From positions 80,822-144,821 of the forward strand of contig CAVUFJ010000011.1 of the NCBI GenBank assembly GCA_963740755.1: a stretch of DNA of 64,000 nucleotides. The letters run 5' to 3'. The notes below the pieces were generated by a model, which was given only the letters and a program-made list of their open reading frames with translations, made no database searches and was not told the DNA's origin. Below, piece after piece: positions 10,772-22,735 of this stretch. Origin of the DNA: Rhodothermales bacterium. Lineage in GTDB: Bacteria > Bacteroidota > Rhodothermia > Rhodothermales > BA12. Position 1 is the stretch's first letter; each line of letters begins with the position of its first letter. Both the position numbers and the translations under genes were made by a program.

Positions 10772-12761
10772 TTGCTAAATCACTTCAAGCAGTTGAAAAC
10801 AAAGCACTTCTGGGCCGTGTCGCTCCTGCTCGTGGGCCTGGCGGCCTGCGACAGTGGGGCCAACGGCGGCGCCTCGGTGGCGACGCTGGCCCTCAGCACG
10901 TCCTCGGTCACGGTGGGCGTCGGGCAGACGGTCACGCTCTCGGCCTCGCCCCGCGACAGCGACGGGCAGGCCGTCGAGGCCGCCGTGACGTGGACCTCGT
11001 CCAACACCGCTGTGGCGACGGTCACGAGCCAGGGCGTCGTGAAGGGCGTCAGCCTCGGCACGGCCACGATCAAGGCCACGGCGGGCGGCAAGAGCGCCAG
11101 CACGACCGTGACCGTGGGGCAGGAGACGCTCGTGTCCTTCAACACGTCCACGAGCTCCTGCTCCAACGCCGACACGCGCTCGTTCCGCAAGATGGCCGAG
11201 GGCACGCACGCGATCCTCTACGAGGACACATCCAACCCGCCCAACGGCCTCACGAGCGCCGACTACGTCGTGCTCGCGCAGCGCTTCGACCAGATCATCT
11301 GGCCCACCGACACGCGCTTTTTCGGCGAGCCCTCCGACGCCGACAAGAACGCCAAGGTGGTGATCCTCTACACGCGCGCCGTCAACGAACTCACGTCCGC
11401 CAACTCGGCGTCGTACGTGGGCGGCTTCTTCTACGCCCGCGACCTGTTTCCGCGCGCGGCGGGCGTCTTTAACGGGGTGAACTTCGGCAGCGGCAACTGC
11501 GCCACGAGCAACCAGGGCGAACTCTTCTACATGCTCGCCGCCGACCCCACGGGCGTCGTGAACGGCAACACGCGCTCGCGCGACTTTGTGCTCAACGTGA
11601 CCACGGCCACGCTCGCGCACGAATTCCAGCACCTCATCAACGCCTCGCGGCGCCTGTTCGTCAACAACGCCGACCAGTTCGAGGTGACGTGGCTCGACGA
11701 AGGCCTCGCGCACATCGCCGAGGAGCTGACGTTCTACAGCGTCAGCGGGCTCATGCCGCGCACCAACATCGGCATCACACAGCTGCGCGCGTCGCAGACG
11801 ATTCTCGACGCCTACAACGAGTACCAGATCTCCAACCTCACGCGCGCCAGCGAATTCCTCAAGGCCCCGGCCACGAGCGGAGCCTTCGATTCCGACGACG
11901 ACCTCGCCACGCGCGGGGCGGCGTGGTGGCTGCTCCGGCAGGCTGCCGACCGCAAGGGCGGCGATGAAACGGCCTTCTGGAAGGCCCTCGTGAACTCGAC
12001 GAGCAATGGCGTGGCCAACCTGCGCGCCGTCTACGGCGGCGACGTGGACGAACTCGTCCGCTCCTGGGCGATGAGCCTCTACACGGACGACTTCGTGCGC
12101 GAACGTGGCCGCGCCCTACACGCAGCCCTCGTGGGACCACCGCTCGATCTATGCCAACGTGGGCTCGAAGGTGTACCCGCTCAACGTGCAGGTGATCGCG
12201 CAGGACGGGCAGTCGAGCGCCTCCGTCAACGCGGGCGCTGCCGCCTACTACCGCTTCTTCATTCCCACCGCCACCGGCTCCGGCACGCTCCGCACGACGG
12301 CGGGCGGCACGGGTCCGGCCGTGGGCGCCTGCACGAGTGCGACGGCCACGACGTTCACCGTGGGCGAGGTGCGCACGCTCAGTACGGGCAACGGTGCCTT
12401 TGCGTGCCTCGGCGCGGGCGAGTACGTGGTGGTGCTGGCCAACACCACCGCCCCGCCGCTTCGCACCGACGCCGTGCAGAACCCCTCGGCCCCGCCGGTG
12501 GGCGTAACCGTGGCCGTGACCGGCGTGACGACTCCGCCCGTCAACCGCATCCCCGACACCCAGCCGCGCCTAGACGTGCGCCTGAGCCTCGGCGGCGTGG
12601 CGTCCTACCTCGGCGCCACCCCGGACGAGGGCTTCGAGCAGACGCTCCGCGCGCGCGAACGGGCCGAACTGAACCTGCCGGGCTTTGCGGCGCCGCGTTT
12701 CAGCCGCGCGGGCCTGCAGGGCGCCGAAGCCGTGGGCACGCTCGTGGTGCGGACGCGCTAA
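10772..12761 (+). CDS. Secreted lipoprotein with a Big_2 (bacterial Ig-like) domain and an HEXXH metallopeptidase-like domain (M30/hyicolysin-like); one frameshift
   Basis: Lipobox LLLVGLAAC. Big_2-like segment TVTLSASPRDSDGQAVEAAVTWTSSNTAVATVTSQGVVKGVSLGTATIKAT. LAHEFQHLIN...WLDEGLAHIAEE. Single-base insertion at about 12098, then continues in ORF 12105-12761. Confidence 0.6.
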
Positions 12762-12968
12762 CGGCGGCGCTGAGCGTCATCCGGGGGCGACACCTGCTGT
12801 GCCCTCGGGAGGACACAGCCAAGCGGTCACGGATCTGTTGCAGAACGATTTCGGTCGGGTGGCGCCCCGAATGGCACGAAGCTGTTCGGGGCGCGGCCTT
12901 GGCGTCCGGTTTGCATGGCAGGCGGGCGTGTCCTTCGGGGCACGTTCGTTCTTCAACCCCCGATTGCC

Positions 12969-13424
12969 ATGCGCCGATTTATGACCCTGGTGGTGCCCGT
13001 GCTGCTCACGCTCAGCGCGTGCTCGTCCACCCGCTCATCGAGCCGCTACCCCGGCTCGCGCACCATCCCCACGCCCTCCGGCGACGTCATCGTCATGCCC
13101 GATGGGCAGGTCTACCGCGACGCCAACCGCAACGGCATCCCCGACCGCGACGAGCAGCGCAACCGCCGCAACGAGGGCCGGACAACGGTTTGCCACAAGG
13201 GCCGCACCCAGGTGGTGGGCAACGCCGCCGTGCAGGCGCACCTGCGCCACGGCGACTATGTGGGCCGTTGCGAGAGCAACCGCAACGACCGGAATGGCCG
13301 CTACGAACGTGACGACGACGACCGCAACGACCGCCAAGGTCGCTACGAGCGTGGCAAAGAAGACGACCACGAACGCGGTCATGACCGTGACAAGCACTCC
13401 CGGGGCCGTGGCCATCACGACTGA
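12969..13424 (+). CDS. Small secreted lipoprotein with a Cys/His-rich motif and a low-complexity Arg/Asp/Asn-rich tail
   Basis: MRRFMTLVVPVLLTLSACSS lipobox. Motif TVCHKGRTQVVGNAAVQAHLRHGDYVGRC. Tail NRNDRNGRYERDDDDRNDRQGRYERGKEDDHERGHDRDKHSRGRGHHD. Confidence 0.45.
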   Translation: MRRFMTLVVPVLLTLSACSSTRSSSRYPGSRTIPTPSGDVIVMPDGQVYRDANRNGIPDRDEQRNRRNEGRTTVCHKGRTQVVGNAAVQAHLRHGDYVGRCESNRNDRNGRYERDDDDRNDRQGRYERGKEDDHERGHDRDKHSRGRGHHD

Positions 13425-13494
13425 CGTGGCCAGCCACACGTAAAGGCGAGGGCGAAGCTTCCGGGCTTCGCCCTCGTGCTGTTCTCGGGCCTGC

Positions 13495-14484
13495 CTACGC
13501 CGCGCCGGCGGTCTCGAACACGCCCATCGCGTCGAACTTGGCGAGGCGGGCAGCCAGGAGGTCGTCGGTGGGAAGGGGTGCCAGGGTGTCGAGGGCGCGG
13601 GCGATGGCGGCGCCGACGGTCTCGAAGGTCGCGGCGGGGTCGTGGTGGGCGCCGCCGAGGGGTTCGGGCAGGATCTCGTCGATCACGCCGACCTCCCTGA
13701 GGTCGGGGGCGGTGAGCTTGAGCGCGCGCGCGGCCTGCTCCTTGTAGTCCCAGGAGCGCCACAGAATGGACGAGCACGACTCGGGCGCGATGACCGAGTA
13801 CCAGGCGTTCTCCAGCATCAGGATGCGGTCGCCCACGCCGATGCCGAGCGCGCCGCCGCTGGCCCCCTCGCCGATCACGACGACGACGATGGGCACGGGG
13901 AGGCGGGCCATCACCATCAGGTTGTGGGCGATGGCCTCGGCCTGCCCGCGCTCTTCGGCTTCGAGGCCGGGGTAGGCGCCGGGCGTGTCGAGCAGGCACA
14001 CGACGGGCTTGCCAAAGCGGGCGGCCATCTCCATGAGGCGCCCCGCCTTGCGGTAGCCCTCCGGGTTGGGCATCCCGAAGCGGCGCAGCTTGCGCGTCTT
14101 CGTGTCGCGCCCCTTCTGGTGGCCGATGAGCATCACCGTGCGGTCCTGGCTGCCCCAGCGGCTGCCCTGGAACGTGCCGAGCCCGCCGATCATGGCCGGG
14201 TCATCGGCAAAGGCGCGGTCGCCGTGAAGCTCGGTGAACCCGTCGAGCAGCGCGCCCGCATAGTCGAGCGTGTAGGGGCGCTGCGGGTGGCGGGCGATCT
14301 GGACGCGCTGCCAGCGCGTGAGGCTGCCGTAGACCTGCGTGCGGAGCTGCTGCACGCGGGTTTCGAGCGCGCGCACCTCGGCGGCGTCGGGGCCGAGGAG
14401 GGCGCGGATCTCTTCGAGGCGCTGCTCGAGTTCGGCAATCGGCTTCTCGAAGTCCAGGAGCGGCGGTGAAGCGGGACGGGCCAT
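13495..14484 (-). CDS. accA: Acetyl-CoA carboxylase carboxyltransferase alpha subunit
   Basis: 329 aa, intact. Conserved AccA block [55 protein letters not shown]. Confidence 0.9.
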   Translation of the reverse strand: MARPASPPLLDFEKPIAELEQRLEEIRALLGPDAAEVRALETRVQQLRTQVYGSLTRWQRVQIARHPQRPYTLDYAGALLDGFTELHGDRAFADDPAMIGGLGTFQGSRWGSQDRTVMLIGHQKGRDTKTRKLRRFGMPNPEGYRKAGRLMEMAARFGKPVVCLLDTPGAYPGLEAEERGQAEAIAHNLMVMARLPVPIVVVVIGEGASGGALGIGVGDRILMLENAWYSVIAPESCSSILWRSWDYKEQAARALKLTAPDLREVGVIDEILPEPLGGAHHDPAATFETVGAAIARALDTLAPLPTDDLLAARLAKFDAMGVFETAGAA

Positions 14485-14618
14485 GCGGGCGCAGGGTGAG
14501 CGGGCGGAAAGGTAGGAAGGGATGGGCGACGTGCGACGTGCGGCGTACGACCTTCGATGTTCGCCCGTCGCCTGTCGCCCTGTCGCCCGTCGCCCGTCGC
14601 CTGTCGCGCCGTCGCACG

Positions 14619-16440
14619 TCACACGACCCGCTCGGCGTCTACGAGCCCGAGTTCGTCCACCGAGGCCTTGCCGATCACGCGGGCGCCGTCGGGGGCGAGC
14701 ATCCGGCATTCGATGGGCAGGTCGGCGAGGGTTTGCACGAGCGCGAAGGCGGTGCTCGCCGGGAGGGTGGTGGCCGAGAACAGCACGTCGGAGGCGCCCT
14801 CGAAGCGCACGAGGTCGCGCAGGGCCCGCACCGGCCCGAGGTGGGGCACCGGCGGCGTCCGGCGCGGGCGGCGGTCGTGGACATAGCCGGCGAGCACGAA
14901 CGGCGGGCGGGCCTGGGCGCGCAGCCGCTCGGCAAGGCGCCCGGCCTCTTCGGGCGTGCCGACCACGATGGCGCGGCGCGGGCGGACGCCGCTGCCGGAG
15001 CGCGAGGCGGTGGGCGCCGAGGAGCAGGCCGGTCAGGAGCGTGCCGCCCAGCACGAGCACGCGCGAGAACGCCACCGCCTTGACGAAGAACGAGAGCGTG
15101 GCCACGCCCACGAGCCCGGCGAGTGTGCCGGTGAGCACGGGCTGCCACCGCGCCCGTCCGCCCGGCCGGTAGCCCCCCCCGAGTGCCAGCCCCAGCACAA
15201 CGGCGAGGGTGAACGCCACGCCCACCGTCCCGAAAAAGCGCCCGCCGAGGGCCACGGGGCTGTCGCCCACGCGGAGCACCGCGGCGAGCGTGAGGCCGAT
15301 CAGGGCCAGCATCGCGTCGAAGGCGGGCGCGCGGAGGCGCTGCGAGGCCTGCCCGGTGGCGCTCACGAACGCCCGCCCCAGAATCGCCGCCCGCAGGCCG
15401 CCCACGAGCAGCGCTCCGCCGCGGTTGCCGCTGAAGTGCTTTTCGGCAAAGCGCAGCATGGCCCCGTAGAAAAGGCGCACGTAGCGCAGTTCGCCCTTCT
15501 TCGTGCTCTCGCCCTTGTAATGCACGATCCGCGTGTCCGGCGTGTAGTGCATCGTGTAGCCCGCCCGCTGGAGCCGGAAGCACAGGTCGAGGTCTTCGCC
15601 ATACATGAAGAAGGCCTCGTCGAAAAAGTCCACGGAATGCGCAGATCGGGGCTCAGGCGGCGCTGCGGCGAGGCCTTCGTCTGGGCGCGGCTCATGGCCG
15701 GTTTCCTGCGCTCCGTGTTCGGCAATCCGCCATAGGGCCGCGCGGCGCACCATCATGCAGGCGCCCGAGAGCGCGTCTACCTCGGTGGGCGTGTCCGGGT
15801 GGAGGTAGGTGAGGTTGTAGCGCCCGAAGCGCGGCGAGCGCGGAAAGAGCGTCGAGAGGCCGGACATCCGGTAGAACGCCACCTCGGGCGTCGGAAACGC
15901 GCGGCGGCTCTCGGGGGCAAACGTGCCGTCCGGGTTGAGCAGCATCGGGCCCACCGCGCCCGCCCCGGGGTGGGCATCGAGAAAGGCGGCGAGCGTGCGC
16001 AGCGTGCCTTCCTCCAGGATCGTGTCCGGGTTGAGGATGAGCACGTGCCGCCCGCGCGCCCGCCGAAGAGCCTGGTTGTTGGCCCGGCTGAAGCCCACGT
16101 TGTCCGCGTTGGCGATCAGGTGGACGTGGGGAGAGTGCGCGCGCACCGCCTCGGGCGTGCCGTCGACGGAGGCATTGTCCACCACGAACGTTTCGACGCG
16201 CAGGCCCTCGCTCGCCCGGTCGACGCTCGCGAGCGCCTGCTCCAGAAACGCCCGCACGTTGTACGACACGATCACGACCGACACGTCGGGCGCGTCGGCG
16301 TCAGGGCTGTCGGCAGGGCCGGGGGCGCGTTCAGGGGCAGGCGTCACGCGCGGAAGATACCAGACACGGGCGCCGCGCTTACCGGCGCACGGCGGTGAGC
16401 TGCGCCGCGACGGCCCGCCAGCGCCCCTCCAGCCATGCAT
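14619..16440 (-). CDS. Family 2 glycosyltransferase fused to a multi-TM region and a C-terminal WbaP-type CoA-binding-like regulatory domain; one frameshift; start codon uncertain
   Basis: GT2 N-terminus [13 protein letters not shown]...DNASVDGT...ILNPDT. Hydrophobic segments. C-terminal [31 protein letters not shown]...[26 protein letters not shown]. Frame break at about 14970 in a GC run. Confidence 0.6.
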
Positions 16441-16834
16441 ACGTGTTCGTAAAACGCACGTCCCGGTTGGCCTCGTGGATCACCCCGACCGACACGGCTG
16501 TGGCGCCGTAGCACCGCACGTCAACCATGCCGAGCCGGAACGGGGCGCCGGGGGCGAGCGGCTCGGCGGCCAGGATATCGGCGCGCTTCTCGGCCCTGGT
16601 GAGCACGCCCCCGTTGCTATGCGTGATCGTGAAGCCCTCGGCTACGATCCGGTCGTAGGCCGTCATGTCGTGGTCGCGGTAGGGCTGGACGAGCCACGCC
16701 TCGTCGAGCGGCGCGATGCGCGCGTGCGAGCAGGCCGGCACCGCGCGCTCCGGCGTGCGCGATCCGACCGAGATCGCACAGCCGCTCGCAGCCACGAGCA
16801 CCAGCAAAAGCGCGCTCAGGGGTGCAGGCTGCAT
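16379..16834 (-). CDS. Lipoprotein with an NTF2/SnoaL-like (DUF4440-type) fold
   Basis: [19 protein letters not shown] lipobox. ...[25 protein letters not shown]...[18 protein letters not shown]. Confidence 0.45.
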   Translation of the reverse strand: MQPAPLSALLLVLVAASGCAISVGSRTPERAVPACSHARIAPLDEAWLVQPYRDHDMTAYDRIVAEGFTITHSNGGVLTRAEKRADILAAEPLAPGAPFRLGMVDVRCYGATAVSVGVIHEANRDVRFTNTYAWLEGRWRAVAAQLTAVRR

Positions 16835-16881
16835 CGGCGGGAGAAGTTGGGGCGAGCGAGGGAGCGCTTGGAGGCGTCCGG

Positions 16882-18141
16882 TCACGCCTCCAAGCGCTTC
16901 ATGATCACGCTCGTGTTGTGCCCGCCGAAGCCGAACGCGTTCGACATCGCCACCCGCACGTCGCGCTGCTGCGGCGCGCCGAACGTGTAGTTGAGGTCGC
17001 ACGCCGGGTCCGGCGTCACGAAGTTGATCGTCGGCGGCACGATGCCGTGGTGGATGGCCAGGATGCTCGCGATGGCCTCGACCGCGCCCGCTGCGCCGAG
17101 CAGGTGGCCCGTCATGCTCTTGGTGGACGAGCAGTTGAGCCGGTACGCGTCCTCGCCGAAGACGGCCTTGATGGCCTTCGTCTCGGCGGCATCGCCGAGG
17201 GGCGTGCTCGTGCCGTGCATGTTGAGGTAGTCCACGTCGGCGGTCGTCAGGCCGGCGTCGCGGAGGGCGCTCTTCATCGCCAGCTTGGCGCCCTTGCCCT
17301 CGGGCTCGGGGGCGGTGAGGTGGTAGGCGTCCGCGCTCGCGCCGAAGCCCGCCACCTCGGCGTAGATCCGCGCGCCGCGCGCCTTGGCGTGCTCATATTC
17401 CTCCAGGATGAGCGCGCCCGCGCCCTCGCCGAGCACGAAGCCGTCGCGCGTGGCGTCGAAGGGCCGCGAGGCCGTTTCGGGGCTGTCGTTGCGCGTCGAG
17501 AGGGCCTTGCAGGCGTTGAAGCCGCCCACGCCGAGTTCGGTCACCGACGCCTCGGAGCCGCCCGTCACCATCACGTCGGCGGAGCCGTGCTGGATGAGCA
17601 GGAAGGCGTCGATGAGGTTGTGGTTGCCGGTGGCGCAGGCGCTCACGGCGCGAGTGGTTGGGGCCGCGCAGCCCGTGCATCATCGAGATCTGCCCCGGCG
17701 CGATGTCGGTGATGAGCATCGGGATGAAGAAGGGCGAGATGCGGCGCGGGCCCTCGGTGAGCAGGATCTGCGTCTGCTGCTGGAAGGTCTGGAAGCCGCC
17801 CTGCCCGGAGCCGAAAACGACGCCGAAGCGGTCGCGCTCGTCTTCCGTGAGCGTGCGCGTGTCGATGCCGGCGTCTTTGAGCGCCTCGTTGGCGACCACG
17901 CAGGCGTACTGCGCAAACGGGTCCATGCGGCGGACGAGCTTGCGGTCGAGCAGGTCTTCGGCGCGGAAGTCTTTGACCTCGCACGCAAACTTGGTCTCGT
18001 ACTGCGTCGTGTCGAAGCGGGTGATCGGCGCGGCGCCGCTTTTGCCGGCGAGGAGCGCGGCCCAGAAGTCGGGCACGGTGTTGCCAATCGGCGTGAGCGC
18101 GCCGAGGCCGGTAATGACGACGCGGCGGGGAGCAGCAGGCA
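16882..18141 (-). CDS. fabF: 3-oxoacyl-ACP synthase II with one frameshift
   Basis: [16 protein letters not shown], active-site [31 protein letters not shown]. Frame break at about 17645. Confidence 0.85.
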
Positions 18142-18272
18142 TAGCAGAAAGGGTGAAGCGGAGCGCGCCGGGGGTGGGGGCCGGCCGTCCCTCTACGCGC
18201 ACACACGCCGCCTGCTCCGGCGCAGGGCCGGACAGAGTAGCGTCCGTCGGGGCGGGGCGCAAACAGAAAGCG

Positions 18273-18316
18273 CGCCTTCCTGAGGGTGCAGGAAGGCGCG
18301 CCCAAAACGCAACCGG
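18273..18316 (-). terminator. Hairpin with a U-rich tail downstream of acpP, possibly an acpP-fabF attenuator
   Basis: Minus strand GCGCGCCTTCCTG-cacccu-CAGGAAGGCGCGC followed by TTTCTGTTTG. Confidence 0.5.
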
Positions 18317-18325
18317 AACGCCGGG

Positions 18326-18565
18326 TCAGGCGGCCGTCTTGCCTTCCAGGTACGACGTAGCGTCGCCGACGGTCGAGATCTTCTCGGCGTCCTCGTCGGG
18401 GATCGTCACGTTGAACTGCTTCTCGAACTCCATGACGAGCTCGACGATGTCGAGCGAGTCGGCGCCGAGGTCGTTCGTGAACGAGGCTTCGGGCTTGATA
18501 TCGGCCTCGTCTACGCCGAGCTTGTCGACGATGATGGCCTTGACTTTTTCTGCGACCTGACTCAT
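18326..18565 (-). CDS. acpP: Acyl carrier protein
   Basis: 79 aa. The DSLD phosphopantetheine site lies in [16 protein letters not shown]. Confidence 0.95.
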   Translation of the reverse strand: MSQVAEKVKAIIVDKLGVDEADIKPEASFTNDLGADSLDIVELVMEFEKQFNVTIPDEDAEKISTVGDATSYLEGKTAA

Positions 18566-18801
18566 TGCAAATCGGGGGATGGTGAAACAGCGCGCCGGAG
18601 GATCGGGGCGCGCAGGGTGAGCCGCCCAAACCTACGGCATCGCAGGCGGCATCGCGCAGTTCCCACCCCGCGCCCGGCGTTCGGTGCCCGCGTGGGGTCC
18701 GGATTCTGTGTTAAGTCGGTTACTGCCGGGCTCCGGAGGGGCCATGCGGGGGTTATTCTCACCTGCTGTTCCTCCTCTGGCCCTCAACCCATTCCCGCCG
18801 C

Positions 18802-19993
18802 ATGGCCTACCTCTTCACCTCGGAGTCGGTCTCCGAAGGGCACCCCGACAAGGTCGCCGACCAGATCTCCGACGCCATCCTCGACGCGCTGCTCACGCAG
18901 GACCCGAAAAGCCGCGTGGCGGTCGAGACGCTCGTGACGACGGGCCTCGTGGTGCTCTCGGGCGAGGTGACGACGAATGCCTATGTGGACGTGCAGGAGA
19001 TCGCCCGCGGCGTGATCCGGGAGATCGGCTACACCGACCCCCGCCTCCGCTTCGATGCCGATTCGTGCGGCGTCATCTCGGCCATCCACGGCCAGAGCCC
19101 GGACATCGCGCAGGGCGTCGATGAAGGCGCCGGCCTGCACGAGGAGCAGGGCGCCGGCGACCAGGGCATGATGTTCGGCTACGCGACGACCGAGACGGCC
19201 GAGTTCATGCCGCTCGCGCTCAGCCTCTCGCACAAGCTCGTGCACGAGCTCGCCAAGATCCGCAAGTGGGAGCCGCACCTGATGCCCTACCTCCGCCCGG
19301 ACGCCAAGAGCCAGGTGACGATCGAGTACGACGACGACCGCCGCACCGTGCGCCGCGTCCACACCGTCGTGCTCTCGACGCAGCACGACGACGAGGTGAC
19401 GCTCGAGAAGATCAAGAAGGACGTGATCAAGCACCTGCTCCCGCGCGTGCTCCCGCAGAGCCTCGTGGACGACAACCTGATCCTCCACGTCAACCCGACG
19501 GGCAAGTTCGTCATCGGCGGCCCCCACGGCGACACCGGCCTGACGGGCCGCAAGATCATCGTGGACACCTACGGCGGCAAGGGCGCCCACGGCGGCGGCG
19601 CGTTCTCGGGCAAGGACCCGAGCAAGGTGGACCGCAGCGCCGCCTACGCGGCCCGCTACGTGGCGAAGAACCTCGTGGCGGCGGGCCTCGGCCGAGGAAG
19701 CGCTCGTGCAGGTGGCCTACGCCATCGGCGTGGCCGAGCCGGTGAGCGTGAACGTGAACACCTACGGCACCGGCACGCTCTCCGACGAGGCGCTCGGCGA
19801 ACTCATCCGCGCCGAGTTCGACCTGCGCCCGGCGGCCATCACGCGCACGCTCGACCTGCTCAAGCCGCGCTACCGCCACACGGCCGCCTACGGGCACTTC
19901 GGGCGCGACGGCGAGACGTTCACCTGGGAGCAGCTCGACCGCGTGGAGAGCCTCAAGGACCGCGCCGCCAAGTACAAGGAGCAGGCCGCGTAA
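18802..19993 (+). CDS. metK: S-adenosylmethionine synthetase with one frameshift
   Basis: [24 protein letters not shown]..., [41 protein letters not shown] single extra G at about 19691 joins frames 18802-19690 and 19706-19993. Confidence 0.9.
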
Positions 19994-20011
19994 CCCGCGC
20001 ACCTTCCGGCT

Positions 20012-20050
20012 TCGGGCCGCCTCGCTTTGTGCGGGGCGGCCTTTTTTGTG
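20012..20050 (+). terminator. Rho-independent terminator after metK
   Basis: GGGCCGCCTCGCTTTGTGCGGGGCGGCC followed by TTTTTTGTG. Confidence 0.6.
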
Positions 20051-20179
20051 GGTCTGGGCGCGGCGCGCGGCCCAAACAGGCGAAAGCGGGGGCGTGCGGG
20101 CGCCCGGCATCGCGCGCCGTGGTTGATGGCGGCGGGCGCAAGGGCTAAGTTGCCGCCGTCCATTTGCGCCGTCTTTCCG

Positions 20180-22735
20180 ATGCCCCTTCGCCCAGTTCGT
20201 TGCCCCGCTGCTTGCCGGGGCCCTCGTGCTCGCTGCCTGCACGTCGAGCCGTTCCACCCCGGCTTCCCCGCCGTCCGCCACGCCGCCCAGTGCGGCCGCC
20301 ACAGCTCCCCCGGCCGCAGGGGCCACGCCCCCGGCGGCCGGCACGCCCGCGCGACCGGCAGCGGCTCCGACGGGGCCGAAGCCGTTTGCGGAGACCGTGC
20401 GCGGGATGCGCGCCGACAGCGGACTCGTGACGGTGTACCGCAACGACACCAAGCTGCTCTTCGCGGTCGCCGACACGCTCTTCGGGCGCGACTTGCTCTG
20501 GCTCACGCGCGTGTCCGCCGTGCCCGCCGGGCTGGGCGGCTTCGTGACGCCGGGCGTCAACCTGAACGAGAGCGTCGTGCGCTTCGAGCGGCGCGGCGAC
20601 CGCGTGCTGCTGCGCGAAGTTCAGCTACGACCAGGTGGCCGCCGATTCCCTGCCCGATTGCGCGCGCCGTGGCGCGGGGCCAACTTCGCGCCCGTGCTCG
20701 CCTCGCTGCCCGTGCAGAGCTACGCGCCCGATTCGAGCGTGGTGCTCGACGTGACGGCGCTCTTCGAGAAGGACACCCCCGCCTTTGCCGGGCTCACGGC
20801 CACGCAGCGCACCACCTACCAGGTGCGGCGCCTAGACGAGTCGCGCAGCTTCATCAACACGGCGCGGAGCTACCCGCTCAACGTGGAGGTCAACCACACG
20901 CTCACCTACGACGCCGGGCGCCCGCCGTCCGACGTCGATGCCGGCACGATCTCGATGGAGCTGCAGCAGTCGCTCGTGCTGCTGCCGAAAACGCCCATGC
21001 GGCCCGCGCATCGCGGACGAGCGCGTGGGCTACTTCACCGTCGATCAGATCAACTTCGGCGCCGCCGATCAGCAGGCCGTGCGGCAGCAGTTCATCCGCC
21101 GGTGGCGCCTGGAGCCCAAAGACCCGGCGGCCTACGCCCGGCGCGAACTGACAGAGCCCGTCAAGCCCATCGTCTACTACCTCGACCCGGCCACGCCCGC
21201 CGAGTGGCGCTCGTGCGTGATGCAGGGCGTGAACGACTGGCAGAAGCCGTTCGAAACCGCGGGCTTCAAAAACGCCATCGAGGCGCGCTTGCCCCCCACC
21301 GACGACCCCGACTGGAGCGCCGACGACGTGCGCTACTCGACCGTCCGCTGGGCGGCGAGCCTGACGCGCAACGCGATGGGCCCGAGCGTGAGCGACCCGC
21401 GCACGGGCGAGATCATCGAGTCCGACATCGTGTGGTACCACAACCACCTTCGCTCCTACCGCAACCGGATCATGCTGGAGACGGGCGCCGCCAACCCGCT
21501 CGCCCGCACCCTCCCCATCGACACCGGGGCTCATGTGCGAGGCGATGCGGCAGGTGATTGCCCACGAGATCGGCCACGCGCTCGGCTTTCCGCACAACAT
21601 GGGCGCGAGCAGCGCCTACCCGGTCGACTCGCTCCGTAACCCGTCGTTCGTGCGGCGGATGGGCGTGGCGCCGTCCGTGATGGACTATGCGCGCCAGAAC
21701 TACGTGGCCCAGCCCGGCGACGGCCTTGTGGGCACCGACTTTCTGCGCCAGATCGGGCCGTACGACCACTACGCCGTCAACTGGGGCTACCGCGTGATTC
21801 CCGTCTGCCGCGACGCCCGAGGCCGAGAAGCCGATCCTCCACCACTGGATCCTCGCGCACGCGGGCGACCCGGTGTACCGCTTCAACGGCGGCGGGGGCT
21901 TCGACCCGAGCGCGCAGACCGAGGACATCGGCAGCGACCCGGTGGCCGCGAGCACGCTCGGCATCGCCAACCTGAAGCGCGTGGCGCCGCAGCCTGCTCG
22001 CGTGGACGACGAAGCCGGGCGAGGACTACACGAACCTGACCGAGCTCTACGGCGAACTCGTGGGCCAGTGGCAGCGCTACGTCGGGCACGTGCTCACGCT
22101 CGTGGGCGGGCGTCGTAGAGACGCACAAGACGTCCGATGAAACCGGCAACGTGTACACGCCCGTGCCGGCCGCGCAGCAGCGGGCGGCGATGGCGTTCGC
22201 TGGCGCGCGAGGTGTTCGAGGCGCCCACGTGGCTCACCGACGATGCCGTGCTGGGCCGCATCGAAGCCACCGGCGGGCTCGACCGGATCACCGGCGCGCA
22301 GGCGAACGTGGTGAACAGCCTGCTCTCCACCGCCCGCCTCCAGCGCCTCGCCGACGCCGCGGTCCGTGATGGATTTGCGTATTCCCCCACGAGCTTCTTC
22401 GACGACCTCCGCGCGGGCGTCTGGGGCCGCGGCGCGCCCGACGTGTACCGCCGCGCCGCTCCAGCGCGCCTACGTGGAGCGCCTGACCACGCTCCTCAAC
22501 CCGCCGGACGCGCCCGCCACGGCCTCCCCGATCCCCGGCGCCCCGAGCCCCGCCGCGCAGCAGGCCGCCGTGCTCCGCTCCGACATCCAGCCGCTCGTGC
22601 GCGCCGAACTCGCAGACGCTCCAGCGACGAGCGCCCGCGCCGCCGCCCGCGCCACAAGCGACCGGCTCGTGCGCGCCCACTACGAAGACCTCGCCACAGC
22701 GCGCCGCCCGCGCCCTCGACCCGAACGCGTGATTG
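20180..22735 (+). CDS. Large secreted zinc metalloprotease lipoprotein (metzincin-type HEIGHALGFPH motif), heavily frameshifted; its 3' end abuts the low-GC island
   Basis: Reconstructed start MPFAQFVAPLLAGALVLAAC after removing one extra C at 20184. HEIGHALGFPHNMGASSAYPVDSL...VMDYARQNY. Homology runs through at least seven frames up to about 22735. Confidence 0.7.

Noticed and set aside
18566-18801. SAM riboswitch in the 236-nt metK leader
   Set aside because: I could not find the SAM-I GAGGGA/GCCCGA boxes or a SAM-II-like pseudoknot signature by eye. An Rfam scan would be needed, so no call is made.
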